Assembly (NCBI GenBank): GCA_011109175.1
Contig: RDEW01000010.1
Coordinates: 1,226,281-1,290,280 of the forward strand
Reading direction: 5' to 3'
Length of the DNA: 64,000 nucleotides
From: Dicyema japonicum
Taxonomy: Eukaryota; Animalia; Dicyemida
Shown: positions 52,600 through 63,850 of the stretch, piece by piece
Layout of the letters: every line of letters starts with the position of its first letter
How positions within the stretch are numbered: the first letter of the stretch is position 1
Translations under genes and position numbers: made by a program
Notes under the pieces: model-generated
Databases searched by the model: none
What the model saw: the letters and a program-made list of their open reading frames with translations, nothing else
Told to the model about the DNA's origin: nothing

Positions 52600-53669
52600 T
52601 ATATGGAAGGAGGAAACTGACCGTATATGGAAGGCTGCGAACATTGATATGAAGTATCCCTTTTTTTGGAAATGCTATCAGAAGTCGGGAGCAGAGAAAA
52701 TTAAATTGAATAAACCAGACGGGGGAGTATGCATAACGGACAAAACACCTTCGATATTCAGGGATCAGCTCCAAGAAATTCATAGTGAGGATCCATGACA
52801 AAAAGAAAGTGTCTGCCGATATATTTAAACACTCCGACGAGGAACTGCCTATTGCTGGTAGCACTGTCAGCGTCTTGGAAGTGATGACGGCTATCATGGT
52901 CAATGCTCCAGGATATGACCACATATCAATGAAACTTATCAAGAAGGTCCGGATATTTTATTTGACAATCTGCGATGTTTCTATGATGGGTGTTTACGAC
53001 TTGGCCACCTCCCTTTAATATGGAAGAAAGCTGTTGTGAGGATGATTCCAGGGAAGCCAAAAAGAGATCCGGCAAGCTACAGACCAATTAGCTTAATATG
53101 TTCTTTCGCGAAAGTTATTGAACGTATCATTTTCACAAGGCTAACAAACATATATAAGAGAATGACTTTCTGATTCCGGAGCAGTGGGGTTTTCGTCCCA
53201 GAAGAGGCTGTGCAGACTGTTTCTTTCTACTGAATTCTGAAATCATGAAAGCAAGGGATTCCAAGAGGCAAATAAACTTATGTCCTGATATTTCGAAAGC
53301 ATTCGACAGTGTATGAAGCGTTGTTAACGCAGCTTGTATCAGCATGTGTTTCCAAGGTACCTATCTGTTTGGCTAAGAAATTATCTTCAGGAAAGACAAT
53401 CTTTTGTGAAGGTGTGTGGAAATATATCTGATGCAATATCATTCAAGAGAGGAGTACCACAAGGTTCAGTATTGAAACCTATTTTGTTTAATGTTTTCAT
53501 GGCGAGTTTCCCACGTCCGAGAAATATTAATACTAGTCTTCTTATTTATGCTGATGACGTAATCGTGGTGGACACATCTCTTGAATCTTCTATATTTGAA
53601 GCAAGAATCCGGGAGTATGTGGACCAGATTGGGCAATGGTGCAACTTGAGAAGGTTAGAGCTAAATTAA
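52600..53669 (+). mobile_element. Jockey/I-like LINE RT fragment, same type as 4600-6960
   Basis: NAPGYDHI..SYRPISL..DISKAFD..RGVPQGSVLKPILFNVF..YADD. Confidence 0.88.
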
Positions 53670-54459
53670 AAAAATATACCAAAATAGAGATTAAGCTTTT
53701 GATTTGCGTTGAAAAATTAAAAGTTATGTCAAAAAATTGTAACTGCAAAACCGGTTTTTCTACCAGCAGTGTGATTAGATGACTTATTAAATTATCATTA
53801 AAGCCGATAAGTTATTAGAATTATTAATAACTAAAAACTATATGACATTATCACAAATAGAAAACGTTGATGAGACTAACACAACAGTTAACAAATGAAT
53901 GCGGCATAATAGAAAACTATAATTATTAAATTAATTCCACTGTTAAACCGAAATAGGACTGACCATGCTAAACAGAGTCAGATCACTATCGCGAAAAGGA
54001 AAAATGATAAAAAGACAGGAACTGAGCGCATTTTATTGCAAATCGTCAGGTGAAATGAGTTCTCAGTTCTGACAGCAGACAGGGATTGTTTTAGTTTGTT
54101 TTTTAATAAACTATTTTTGGTTAATAAAATTCACAACTGTCTCGATATTCTTAAATGCTGACATGAGGATAGTATTATCTTCCTATATAGTTCCACTGCC
54201 TTCTAGTAACGTTTTTTTTTAAATAAATTAATTGAACTTGTAAGCTGTGTTGTAAAACTCTCATGTCAAAGGGCATTGAAGTACAAATTGGTAAGATAGG
54301 GAAAGAATATTGTCTTTATTGGTATACAAATCAATTTAGAATGATTGATTATAGAGAAATTGATCAGAACTTAAATTATATGTAAAAATTGTTGAGGCTT
54401 ACTGAGATCACTCAATTAGATGGTTTAACCCCTTCATTCTTTGTGTTGCCTTTGTGGTT

Positions 54460-54541
54460 ATATAATAATTTATTAAAAAATTAATAATAGTTTTACAATT
54501 ATAAATAAATATTATTAAATTAAAAATCAATTGTAGCACAC
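54460..54541 (+). promoter_or_regulatory. AT island directly upstream of the hemC ATG (representative of many islands)
   Basis: Nearly GC-free tract ending ~10 nt before the ATG; similar arrangement for IFT74, REEP, DNAJA, lamin and the LAMP-like gene; promoter role is inferred. Confidence 0.4.
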
Positions 54542-55708
54542 ATGACAGAAAGGCGTAAAGTCAGAATTGGTACAAGAATGAGCAAAGTGGGGATATTTTA
54601 TAATTTAGCTTGCACTTATTCAAACCGACATTGTAGTGAATGCCATCACTGATTTGGAACTCCCAGATTTGGAAATTGAAATTGGTTTTTAATTTTGCTC
54701 ACAATTAGTTAGCAGACAAAGTTTGGGAGATAAAATTCAGGATAAACCTCTTCCAAGCGTATTATTAGTTTTTAAGCTAGATTGGGGGAGAGGAGTTTTT
54801 ACAGAAGAAATCGAAGAGGATCTGTCTTCCTTTAAAATTGACATGGCCGTTCATTCAATGAAGGATCTCCCAACAACTTTTAGCCGTGATCTTGTAATTG
54901 GGTGTATTCTTCCGTTGGTTATTATCTTTATTTTCAGTCGTGAGGACCGAAGAGATGCTGTTGTGTTTAGATCTTCGGAATATAGTAATCTCAGTCAACT
55001 TCCTCCAAATTCGTACTCTTTCATAGTCTTTGCAGAGTTGTTGGAACTAGTTCTCTACAGAGACAAGCCTTCATCAATAAACATTACCCTCATTTGAAGA
55101 TCAAGGACGTGGTTTTATGTTTTATTAATAAAAGCGCGGAAACTTGAACACAAGATTTTCTAAATTATACAGTCACACGAAAATGTATGATGCCTTGATC
55201 TTGGCTGCTGCAGGGATCAAACGAATGGGAGTCGAAGACAAAATAGGACAAGTTTTGTGGGAAATATGATTAGTTCATGGAGGGTTATCCATATGCTGTG
55301 GGACAAGGTGTCATTGCTGTACAAACGAGGAAGGATGATGTCTTTATGATAGAAATGCTGAGATCTTTGAATTGTAGGACAGCAGTCCTTGAGTCTTTGG
55401 CTGAGAGGGTCTTTCTGTCCAAATTGGTCACAAAACTGTGTTATCTGTAGAAGGCTGGATGTTCGGCTCCCGTGGGAGTGTTCTGTATGGCGGGAACCGA
55501 TTCCTTAACATTAACTGGAGTCATTACTAGCCTGGATGGATCTGTGGAGGTATCTGATAGTGGGGAAGTGAGATTTGATGATAATTGTGGTGATGACGTT
55601 AATTTTACTTTTATTGCAAATTTGTGTGATGTTGGTGAAATGAGGAATGTCTCCTTGATGGCTTCTCAGCTGAACGAGTACTCTATTTGGGAGGGAATTT
55701 CTAGCTAA
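54542..55708 (+). CDS. hemC: Porphobilinogen deaminase / hydroxymethylbilane synthase, 8 introns of ~22-24 nt
   Basis: IGTRMSK|[38 protein letters not shown]|[29 protein letters not shown]|KAGCSAPVG; intron 3 is either 18 nt, or 22 nt with a G missing at 54784-54788. Confidence 0.95.
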
Positions 55709-55859
55709 TATTCAATAATTCATAATTTGTCCAGTTTCCTTAATACTTTTTGAAGGAAATTAAATAATTATTCTGCCAAAAGACAGTGTGAATTGCCGTA
55801 GACAATTGTAGTACCAAAGCTCCTCTAAGTATCGCAATCGAATTATCGTCATTTAATTT

Positions 55860-58170
55860 ATTTTATTATTTATTTAAGCACTTCACAAGAGCCATACTAA
55901 TTATAGCCCCGCATGTGCAGCAAAAGAAACAAGGTTAGATGTCATCCTTTTCCATGCTCCCCTGTTCCTAGCCAAGGCTCTCATGCTGTCCAGGTCGTCG
56001 GCATTTGTTAGATTTTTTTTATACTGACCAGGCTTTTTTGTAAGACTATTGGCAGTGTTGTTCTTGGTCTTCCCGATAGCGGCCTTCTTTGCTAACATAG
56101 TATGTTTCTATAGATATGTTCGGTGGGGAAGTTAATTCCATCCTCAGCACGTGTCCGAAGAGCCTCCATCGGGATTCCAGTACTTCTAAGCTGATAGGTC
56201 TAGTGCTGCATCTCTTATATAAAGCATTCCTAGATATTCTCGTAGGTCAAGTAGTTCCTGTTATTTTTCTCAGCTGACCTCTGTGGAACGAGTCTAGTTT
56301 TTTCATATCCGCTGATGAGGTCGCCCAAGTTCCAGCGTTATATAAAAGTACGGGTTTTATGAATGAGTCGTATAGTAGGATTCTCATTTTCGTGTCGATG
56401 CCTTTTTGATTGAGCCATAAATTCTTCAGTTTATATAACGCAGCATTGGCTAGAGTTTTCCTACGTAAAATATCTTCGCTATCTCCCATAAGTGAACCGA
56501 GTTTCTTTACTTGTCGCCACTTCTCTTCTAGGACGTTACTCATCCTTCTTATCTCTGTGAGTTCTGTTTTTCTCTGTTCACAGTAAGAAACCATTTCCCT
56601 AGTACATCTGGTGCTTTTTCTAATAGGTTTTCCAGGACCTCTTTGTCTTCAGAAATTAGGTCTACATCGTCCGCGTAGATTACTTCTTCCGTCTTTCCTT
56701 GGTATGACGGTCTAAGTTCCCTCATAGCGGCTTCCAAATAAATTGTGAATAGTAGAGGAGAAAGAGAGTCTCCTTGTGGAGTGCCCGTATTTGTTTCAAA
56801 TTTTCTTGAATAGGTTTTTCCGACTCTCACAAGGAGCTCAGTGTTAGAAAGTAGAATTCGGATCATCCTTAGACTCGATTCATCAAGAAATCCGCCAGTA
56901 CCCCCATTAATTTGTTCCTGTTAACCGTATCAAAAGCTCTTGATAGGTCAATTCCCAAAATATTGGTGGCGTTACGGTATCTTTGATATGTTGCACACCT
57001 CCATCTGTGACTCCAGACCGCATCAGCTGTGGATCTCCCTTCTCGAAAACCACTTTGACTATCTGGTAGGTATTTGTAAGCAGGTCCTTTTATTCGTTCA
57101 AGCACAATGTTTGCCAAGACTTTGCGTAATGAATTTAGTAGTATGATGGGTCGCAAATTTTCGAGCGGTCCTCTGTTTTTGTTAGTTTTTTGTATGGGGA
57201 TTAGTAGTCCCGTACCCAGAGGTAGAGTTGAGTTAGTTGAAAACATTTCATTTAGTAGTGTAGCGATTTTTTCAAAAAGGAGGTCAGGGCCGTATTTCAG
57301 TAGTTCTGGGTTTATCGCATCTGGTCCGGGGCTTCTGTTATTCTTGAGTTTTCGGCAGGCCGTTTTGATTTCCTCGGCCGTGATTGGTATCTTAAGGGGT
57401 CTTGGCCTTCCATCAAATGGGTGGATTTCTATGGTTTTGATGTTGAAAAGCTTCTCAAAGTGAGCCGCGATGGCTTCAGTTTGTTCTTTGGTGTTCAGTA
57501 TCAGCTTACCGTTCTCGTCTTTTATGGTTAGTCGACTTCGGTTTGTTCGCCGCAGCAAACGGGCAGCGACGTACACCTGTGCGTTGTCTTTCACTTTGTT
57601 TACTTCTTCTATACAGGAGGCTATTTCTTCTATGAAAAGCTTCTTGTTCAGACCCTTTATTTTTCTTCTGACACGTTGTCTTTCGCCTTGAAGGGCTTTT
57701 ATCGCATTAGTGTCAGTGGCATTTGATTTTCTCATATTTATTTCTTTTAGACTTTTCGCAAGCTCAGGAACATCTGGATGAATAGCCTTCAGGTGCATTT
57801 TACTATTCTCCCTTTTGCCAAGACATGCTTCAGCAGCTTCGTTGATGGTGTCCTTTGTGCGTTTCCAGGCGTCTTCTAGCGTGGTATCCACCAATACGTC
57901 CTGCAAATTAGTCTGAATGTATTGTTGATATCTCTCAGTAGTCTCCGGTTGAGAAATCAGCCTTTCAGTCGCGTAGTCGCCTCTGATTTTCTCAAATTCG
58001 TGATTTTTTGCATTCCTGTATTTAATGGCATGTTTTTTCAGGGTGAAGGTCGCAATAACCATCTTGTGGTCGCTGACAGTCGTCGAACCTTCATATGAAC
58101 GTGCGTTTACTAGAAGGTGTTTGTCTTTAGCCCGGCATATGACATAATCGATTTGGTTGTCATTTAATTT
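55860..58170 (-). mobile_element. RTE LINE, 5'-truncated (~2.3 kb)
   Basis: NQIDYV..SDHK, 397-aa ORF (PGPDAI..QSGFREGRST..DLSRAFD), TPQGDSLSP, YADD, C-terminus and (TAA)-rich tail; a few frameshifts. Confidence 0.95.
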
Positions 58171-58849
58171 GTTAGTGAATAATTTGTTTTACTGCAATAA
58201 CCTGTACTGCGAATTCTTTAATTTCTCAAATACAGTCATGTCTACTCAAATTAGTTTATTTTACTGTGGTCTTGGGTTAAATAAAAAATAGTCATATCTA
58301 ATAATGAAATCACTGATACTTTCTATTCTTTACACTTTCCAACCACTTCATGTTTTACTGACTGGGTCATTTATCAAACTGTCATGTCAAAAAAGATTAA
58401 ACGCCTGTGTATAAAATAACAGAAATAATATAATTTAATAGTTAACACAACATTTGATTAGTAATACAAGTTATACACCACTAATTAGCTAGTATAAATC
58501 AATAATTAGTAATAACACAGACATGCACTAACATGTACATGGTAGTTTAAAATTACCCTTATCGACAATACTATTTGTGCTCATAGAGACCCTGGGATGT
58601 GCATGCAAAGAATATCGATGGAGAAGGATGGTCCAAATTTTCAGATTATGATAAGGATAAACATAATTCCCTGGATTTTGAAAGAATTGGTAGACATTCC
58701 TACGCATCGACAAATCAGACAGGAAAGTGTCAAGGGTAGTTTCTGTTCGACTCTACTATTAATAATTTCCATAAACATAAGAATAATCGAAATTTAAATA
58801 CATTTATTTAATAATAAAATAATTAAAAAAATAAATTTTAAATCAAAGA

Positions 58850-60582
58850 ATGCAGCCTCGTGGTAGAAATCGAATTCCAAAGTAGCCAATCAAACAAACA
58901 CTATCAAGATTGCAAAAGATTAACATTCCAACTAGAAACAACAGTGAAAAAGTACGTTCCCCATCACCGGCCAGACAACTCAGAATGCAGGAAAAGGAAA
59001 ATCTCCAAGACCTCAACAGCTGATTCGCTAACTTTATCTACCACACACGCCAAATAGAGGATTAAAAACGCCCATCTTTCAACACTAATAGCGGCAAAAT
59101 TCGAAAATTCTTTCTCTGAGGTTTTTTTTTTCCAATTTCAGAATGAAAAGGCCAGGTCCCTCTAAGAGGCAGAACTCAATGATGTGAGAAGACTTTTGGA
59201 CACAATTTCTAGTGAGAAGGCACAACTTCAAGTCACTGTGGGCCGTTTGACGGCGGAGTCTAACGAAAAAGCAGAAAAGTTTTAATTATCATTATTTAGA
59301 ATCTGCGACTTCGAAAAGTGTATGGATGAATTAAGGCGTCAAAATAAGTTAAATTCAGTTGAATTGACGAAAAAGACCGCCAAATGTCACATTATTGATC
59401 TTCCTTAAATGAGACTTAGATTTGCTAAAAGTGGTCATTTGTTTTATTTGTACAGAAAACAACCAAAAATGTAGAGAATCTTGAGAATCAAACTCACCAT
59501 TGCCAGGAATCAACCTGGAAGCTGAGACAGTAGACGAGTGGAGGCCAAGAACACAGTGCAGAGTCTTAGGGAGACTTTAACCTTCAACAATTCCCTTCAA
59601 TCAGGGCTAACCCAGCCGCAAAACGTCTCCAATGTCTTCAAAATCCCAGAAATCTCTCAATACAGCCTGCAGGAAGCGTACGACGACATCAGGAATGGAG
59701 TGAAATAAACTCCAAGATGGAGTCCCTTAAGAGAACAAAGGTACCCCCTTCATATCACGGTAGATTGAGAATTTCAATCGAGAACTGGTCAGTAAAGAGG
59801 AGTATTCGCTTAAACTGTGGACCGGGTGGAGGAATTGAGTCGAGACTACGGGAGTCAAGCTCAGAGACTGGGAGACTGTCTGAAAGAGTGGAAAACCTGG
59901 AGAGGAGACTGAGGGATTAGCAAAATGAGTTGGATGGGATCAGAATCGACAACAAGCGCAACCTCTCAGCCAAAATGGCAGAGATCGAAGACTTGAGAGG
60001 ATCCCTTGACTCTGCATTAGCGGAACAGGAGGATCTGTTTGATGCCAAGTTGAGGTTGGATTATGAGATTGCGGCGTACAGTAATCTGGTGGAGGCTGAG
60101 GAGGAAGGCTGAATATAAGTGGTCAGGGATGAAGCGACGACGACTGGACACGTGTAACTATCGTTCTGTATCATTCTCCACGGGTAAGGTGGTGATAAGT
60201 GATGCGGACGAGTTGGGAGAGTCTGTGACAGTGTGCATTATGGAGACAGAGTAGGTGATTGGAATTAGCTAAGGTTGAGGACATTGGTGGATGGTTGTTG
60301 TGTCAGAAGGTAGGAGCAGAGATGGTGTCGTATAGATTCAATGAGGGAACAAAATTGGGAGTGAATGAGAGTTGTAAGGTTTGGAGTGCTGGAATGAATG
60401 AGGATGGATTGGTTTGTGAGAAGAGATGGTTGACGGGGGAGTCTTGTATTATTAGACTGATTGATAGTGATGGAATTGTATTATTTGAGTGAATTTTCTA
60501 GGAAACTTCTAAGCGGGAAATTAAGAGAGTAGAGGGATTTGTGCCTTTGTCTAAGAATAATGGAGGTTGTGTAGTTATGTAA
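58850..60582 (+). pseudogene. LMN: Nuclear lamin (B-type-like) pseudogene retaining introns
   Basis: SPSPARQLRMQEKENLQDLN, EAELNDVRRLLD, KLRLDYEIAAYSNLVEAEE, NLS KRRR, tail domain (IGGWLL..YRF..KVWSAG), CaaX CVVM*; nonsense codons at 59021, 59163, 59918 plus frameshifts. Confidence 0.9.
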
Positions 60583-60624
60583 TAATCGGCTTACTTTTTC
60601 GTATTTCGGTTAATTACTTTTTTA

Positions 60625-62090
60625 TGTTTTGAGAAATTAACTTAGTAAAAAGAGTCATTCCATCAAATGAAGTATCACAGTGTTCCCATCCACTATCACA
60701 ATCTTTTTCGTATTGTCTTATGAAAAGTAATCTAATACTCTAGCTAGATGATTTCTTTAATTCGCGTTTCAAGATCATGTTTTTTTCCCAAAATGCTGCT
60801 ATTACTGATGAACACTTTTTGATATTGAGCTCACTAATTTACACAAGGATTATTTATCATATTCTGGATAAGAAACTATCAGAGATTGTAGAGCCACTGC
60901 TAAGCTGCACACGTTTGATACTCATACTGCCTCTTTCACATTAAAAATTATCCGTTCCATCCGATGTTTTTAAGACTTCCTTCCCGAAAGCCTGGAGACT
61001 TTCCACATCCTTATTACAAGATTCTCTCCAGACTATTCTTCTAGATTACTGCTCTGGTTTAGAAAATGGCTGTAGAGTTGAGGAGATGGTCTAAGAATAC
61101 TGTCTCTGATTCACAAAAATTAAAGAACTGGGCTGCCATATATTAAAAGATCACTCAATATCCTTTTTGAAAAAATCAATTTACATAATCCGAAATGCAT
61201 TTTGTCCACCTCTTCCTTTACATTAGTGCATGACTGAATGCACTCCCTTCTTTGTCAATTGAATTCATACTGGATCAGGATGTCCTTTTAAATCGGTCTG
61301 TCTTTTATTCAACCTATGCTAGCCTCATCCTTGCCGATGTGGATTTGGTTTTAACCTCAAAGAGGTCCTCCCCTTTTCTCGTAGACAATCGAAACATTTT
61401 GTCATTAACGATGTCATAAGATGGTCTTTAGATGAGGAGAGATTCCCGTAGACTCTGGAACCGGTGAACCTAAACCGTGGAGATAGAATCCACCCCGACA
61501 CATCAAGGTTTTCCTCTTCTCTCTAGGAGAGATAAATGATCTGGATAGGCAATGCACAGATACCTTTGCCCATTCAAAGTTATCTGATTCTGAATAGAAA
61601 GCTGAACAAGCAGCACGAGGATCGAAAACTTTGAAATAAGAAAACACGCCAGCCTTTCTTCAGATTTATTTGCATCTGGTTGTCGTTACGACGACAGGAA
61701 TCTTCATCCTCGAGTCTCATTCTTGAGACCGATAGGGTCTTCGGGAAATGCATTGGCTGTTCCAGAAGATTTATCTGCCAGTTGTAAAGAAATCAACCAT
61801 TCTATAATCTCCGTTTAAAAATGTAGTTGTCCTAAGTCTATTTATTTACACTCAGTACCATCGAGTGAAGGAAACCGATGGCTAACAAGAACTTACAACA
61901 AAGACCGGACAATCCCAGAGATCCAACATGTGTATTTGGTGCTGTGCAGAACTTGGAGACGGACTCGGACAAGAGAAGAGGTATTCTGGTCGTCAAAAAG
62001 AGATGATAGGCAAAGTGGATAAGACAATGATCCGATTTTGTTCAGATTGGAGAAACTGTGAGACTTTAATTAAACCTCAGTATAAATGAC
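60625..62090 (+). pseudogene. Unidentified decayed gene
   Basis: Coding-like pieces (DFLPESLETFHILITRF, HFVINDVIRWSLDEE, GLREMHWLFQKIYLPV, MCIWCCAELG) separated by stops and intron-like segments. Confidence 0.3.
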
Positions 62091-62668
62091 CAGCATTTCT
62101 TGTACAATCTATTGATTATTTATATTACTATTTAACTTTAACAACTTTATTAGCAAGGAAAATTAAAGAGGGAGCAGTTGATATCAAGTCCTGCAAACGC
62201 TTGGACTCTTTTCTGCGCTTTCAGACCTCTCCAATCGTTTATTCTGCAACATACGAGTCAATGATGGTATCTCTTTTTAAAAAGTTTTCCTCCTTTTTTT
62301 CTGCTGCATTTTTTATCGACATAATATTACTCGACTAAAGTGAAAAACAAATTCAAGATCATCTTTAATGAAACAAATTCAAAATTATGCTTAATTTTAT
62401 ATTTTGGAATTTCTATCAGTCATTTAAAAAACAAGTATTATCAATGTTTTAAATGAATCATCATAATATAAATTCAACTATTCAGTTATCTAGATTAATG
62501 TTTGTGATAAATTCTTGACAGGTTTTAACAAAGATTACCACTATCAGTGTTTTCATACATTAAATATGCCGTTTTCCTATCTATTTGACAATATTTGCTT
62601 TTTTTAAATTCACACAATGAACATCAGTCAACTACGGAATAACCAGTTAAAAGTTTTAAAATTAAATA

Positions 62669-63649
62669 TTAAAATTTAAGTAATATTGATCTTGTAAGTT
62701 CATCAGTAATTTTTTTCCTCTTCTTGTAATTGACAATGGGAATCATGATTATAGTAATAAATATTATAATAATACTAACGATTATCACTGTTCTATTAAG
62801 TGATTTACTTTTGATTGAAGTATTAAAATTTGGAATTATCATTTTTGGAGTTGAATTGGTTTTAAATTTAGTTCTAGTAATATTTGGAGTAAGCACTTTA
62901 GTTGACACATTTATAATTTCAGTTCTAATAATATTTGGAGTTGACTCTGTTTTAATTTTAGTTCTACTAGTATCTGGAAAGACTGTTGTTTTAATGGTGG
63001 TATTTATGCAAGATTGTCCTAAAATATGTATATAAAAAACCAATTTTGCTAAATTTATCAGTTCTTTCATTAATGAATAATGTGGTAATTAAACAAGAAA
63101 TATTGAGATAAATATGGCGAGAAAACTTTTTAAAAATAATTTGACAATGATAAAAATAATGATTTTTAATCAATTGTCTATCAATTGTCATCATATATTT
63201 ATTATTATCTAAGAATGTATAATTATAATTACAAATAGAAAGTTCTATCTTTTTAAGGTAATATTGGCCATCAGGCGTTAAGCGAAATGTTATATATAAA
63301 GATAAATCAATCTCTTGCGCTGATAAAATTAGAACAATTTTATCTTTTAATGAAATTCCATCTAATTTGGAATTTTCCTTATTGAACATAAACTTCATAT
63401 CCTAATATTAATAAAAAAATTACAAACTTTATAATCCTTCATAAATTCTACAGTTATAATGGCAGTTAAAAGTCTTTCGTTTTGTACACTCCAAGTAATC
63501 GATTTTATTTTTTTTGAATATACATAAGGACATACAGATGGATAATAGTTTGAATGATGAAAGTCCAAATTAGTATAAACCATTTGATATAGAATTACAG
63601 GACTTATTAAAATAATTAATAATTCATATCCACATAGAGATAGGGTCAT
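62669..63649 (-). CDS. LAMP-like type I membrane glycoprotein, 310 aa, intact
   Basis: Introns 63402-63427 (26 nt) and 63019-63040 (22 nt) join three ORFs in frame: signal-like N-terminus, LAMP-like LYITF..YYLKKIEL..YHC..KFSKIGQSC, T/P/K-rich stalk, TM, basic tail; family call by motif memory. Confidence 0.6.
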
Positions 63650-63730
63650 TTATAGGTTATTTATTTATTTAATTTTATAATTATTAAATTATTAATTTTA
63701 TTTTATTATAAGGAAAAAGAATAGTTAATT

Positions 63731-63850
63731 TTAATTATTCAGCTGTTGGGAGATGCATAAGCTATTCCCACGGACAACAGCCAACGAGAGCCTCTCCTTG
63801 AGCCATCTCGTCTCACGAAGATCACCAGTTTTGTCGGATAGTAGTTTTCC
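63731..63850 (-). mobile_element. CRE-like RLE 3' tip
   Basis: GKLLSDKTGDLRETRWLKERLSLAVVRGNSLCISQQLNN*. Confidence 0.85.

Noticed and set aside
54759-54776. Record-short 18-nt intron in hemC
   Set aside because: A 22-nt intron plus one missing G restores the conserved IGG(K/R)G motif and fits the other intron sizes better
54542-55708. Bacterial horizontal origin of hemC
   Set aside because: It has eight spliceosomal introns and a domain-3 insertion like animal HMBS
58850-60582. Ciliate-type code (TAA/TAG = Gln) as the cause of in-frame stops
   Set aside because: The lamin stops align with Tyr, Leu and Arg rather than Gln, and TAA/TAG end genes exactly after CaaX-like motifs (lamin CVVM-TAA, DNAJA QCSSQ-TAG)
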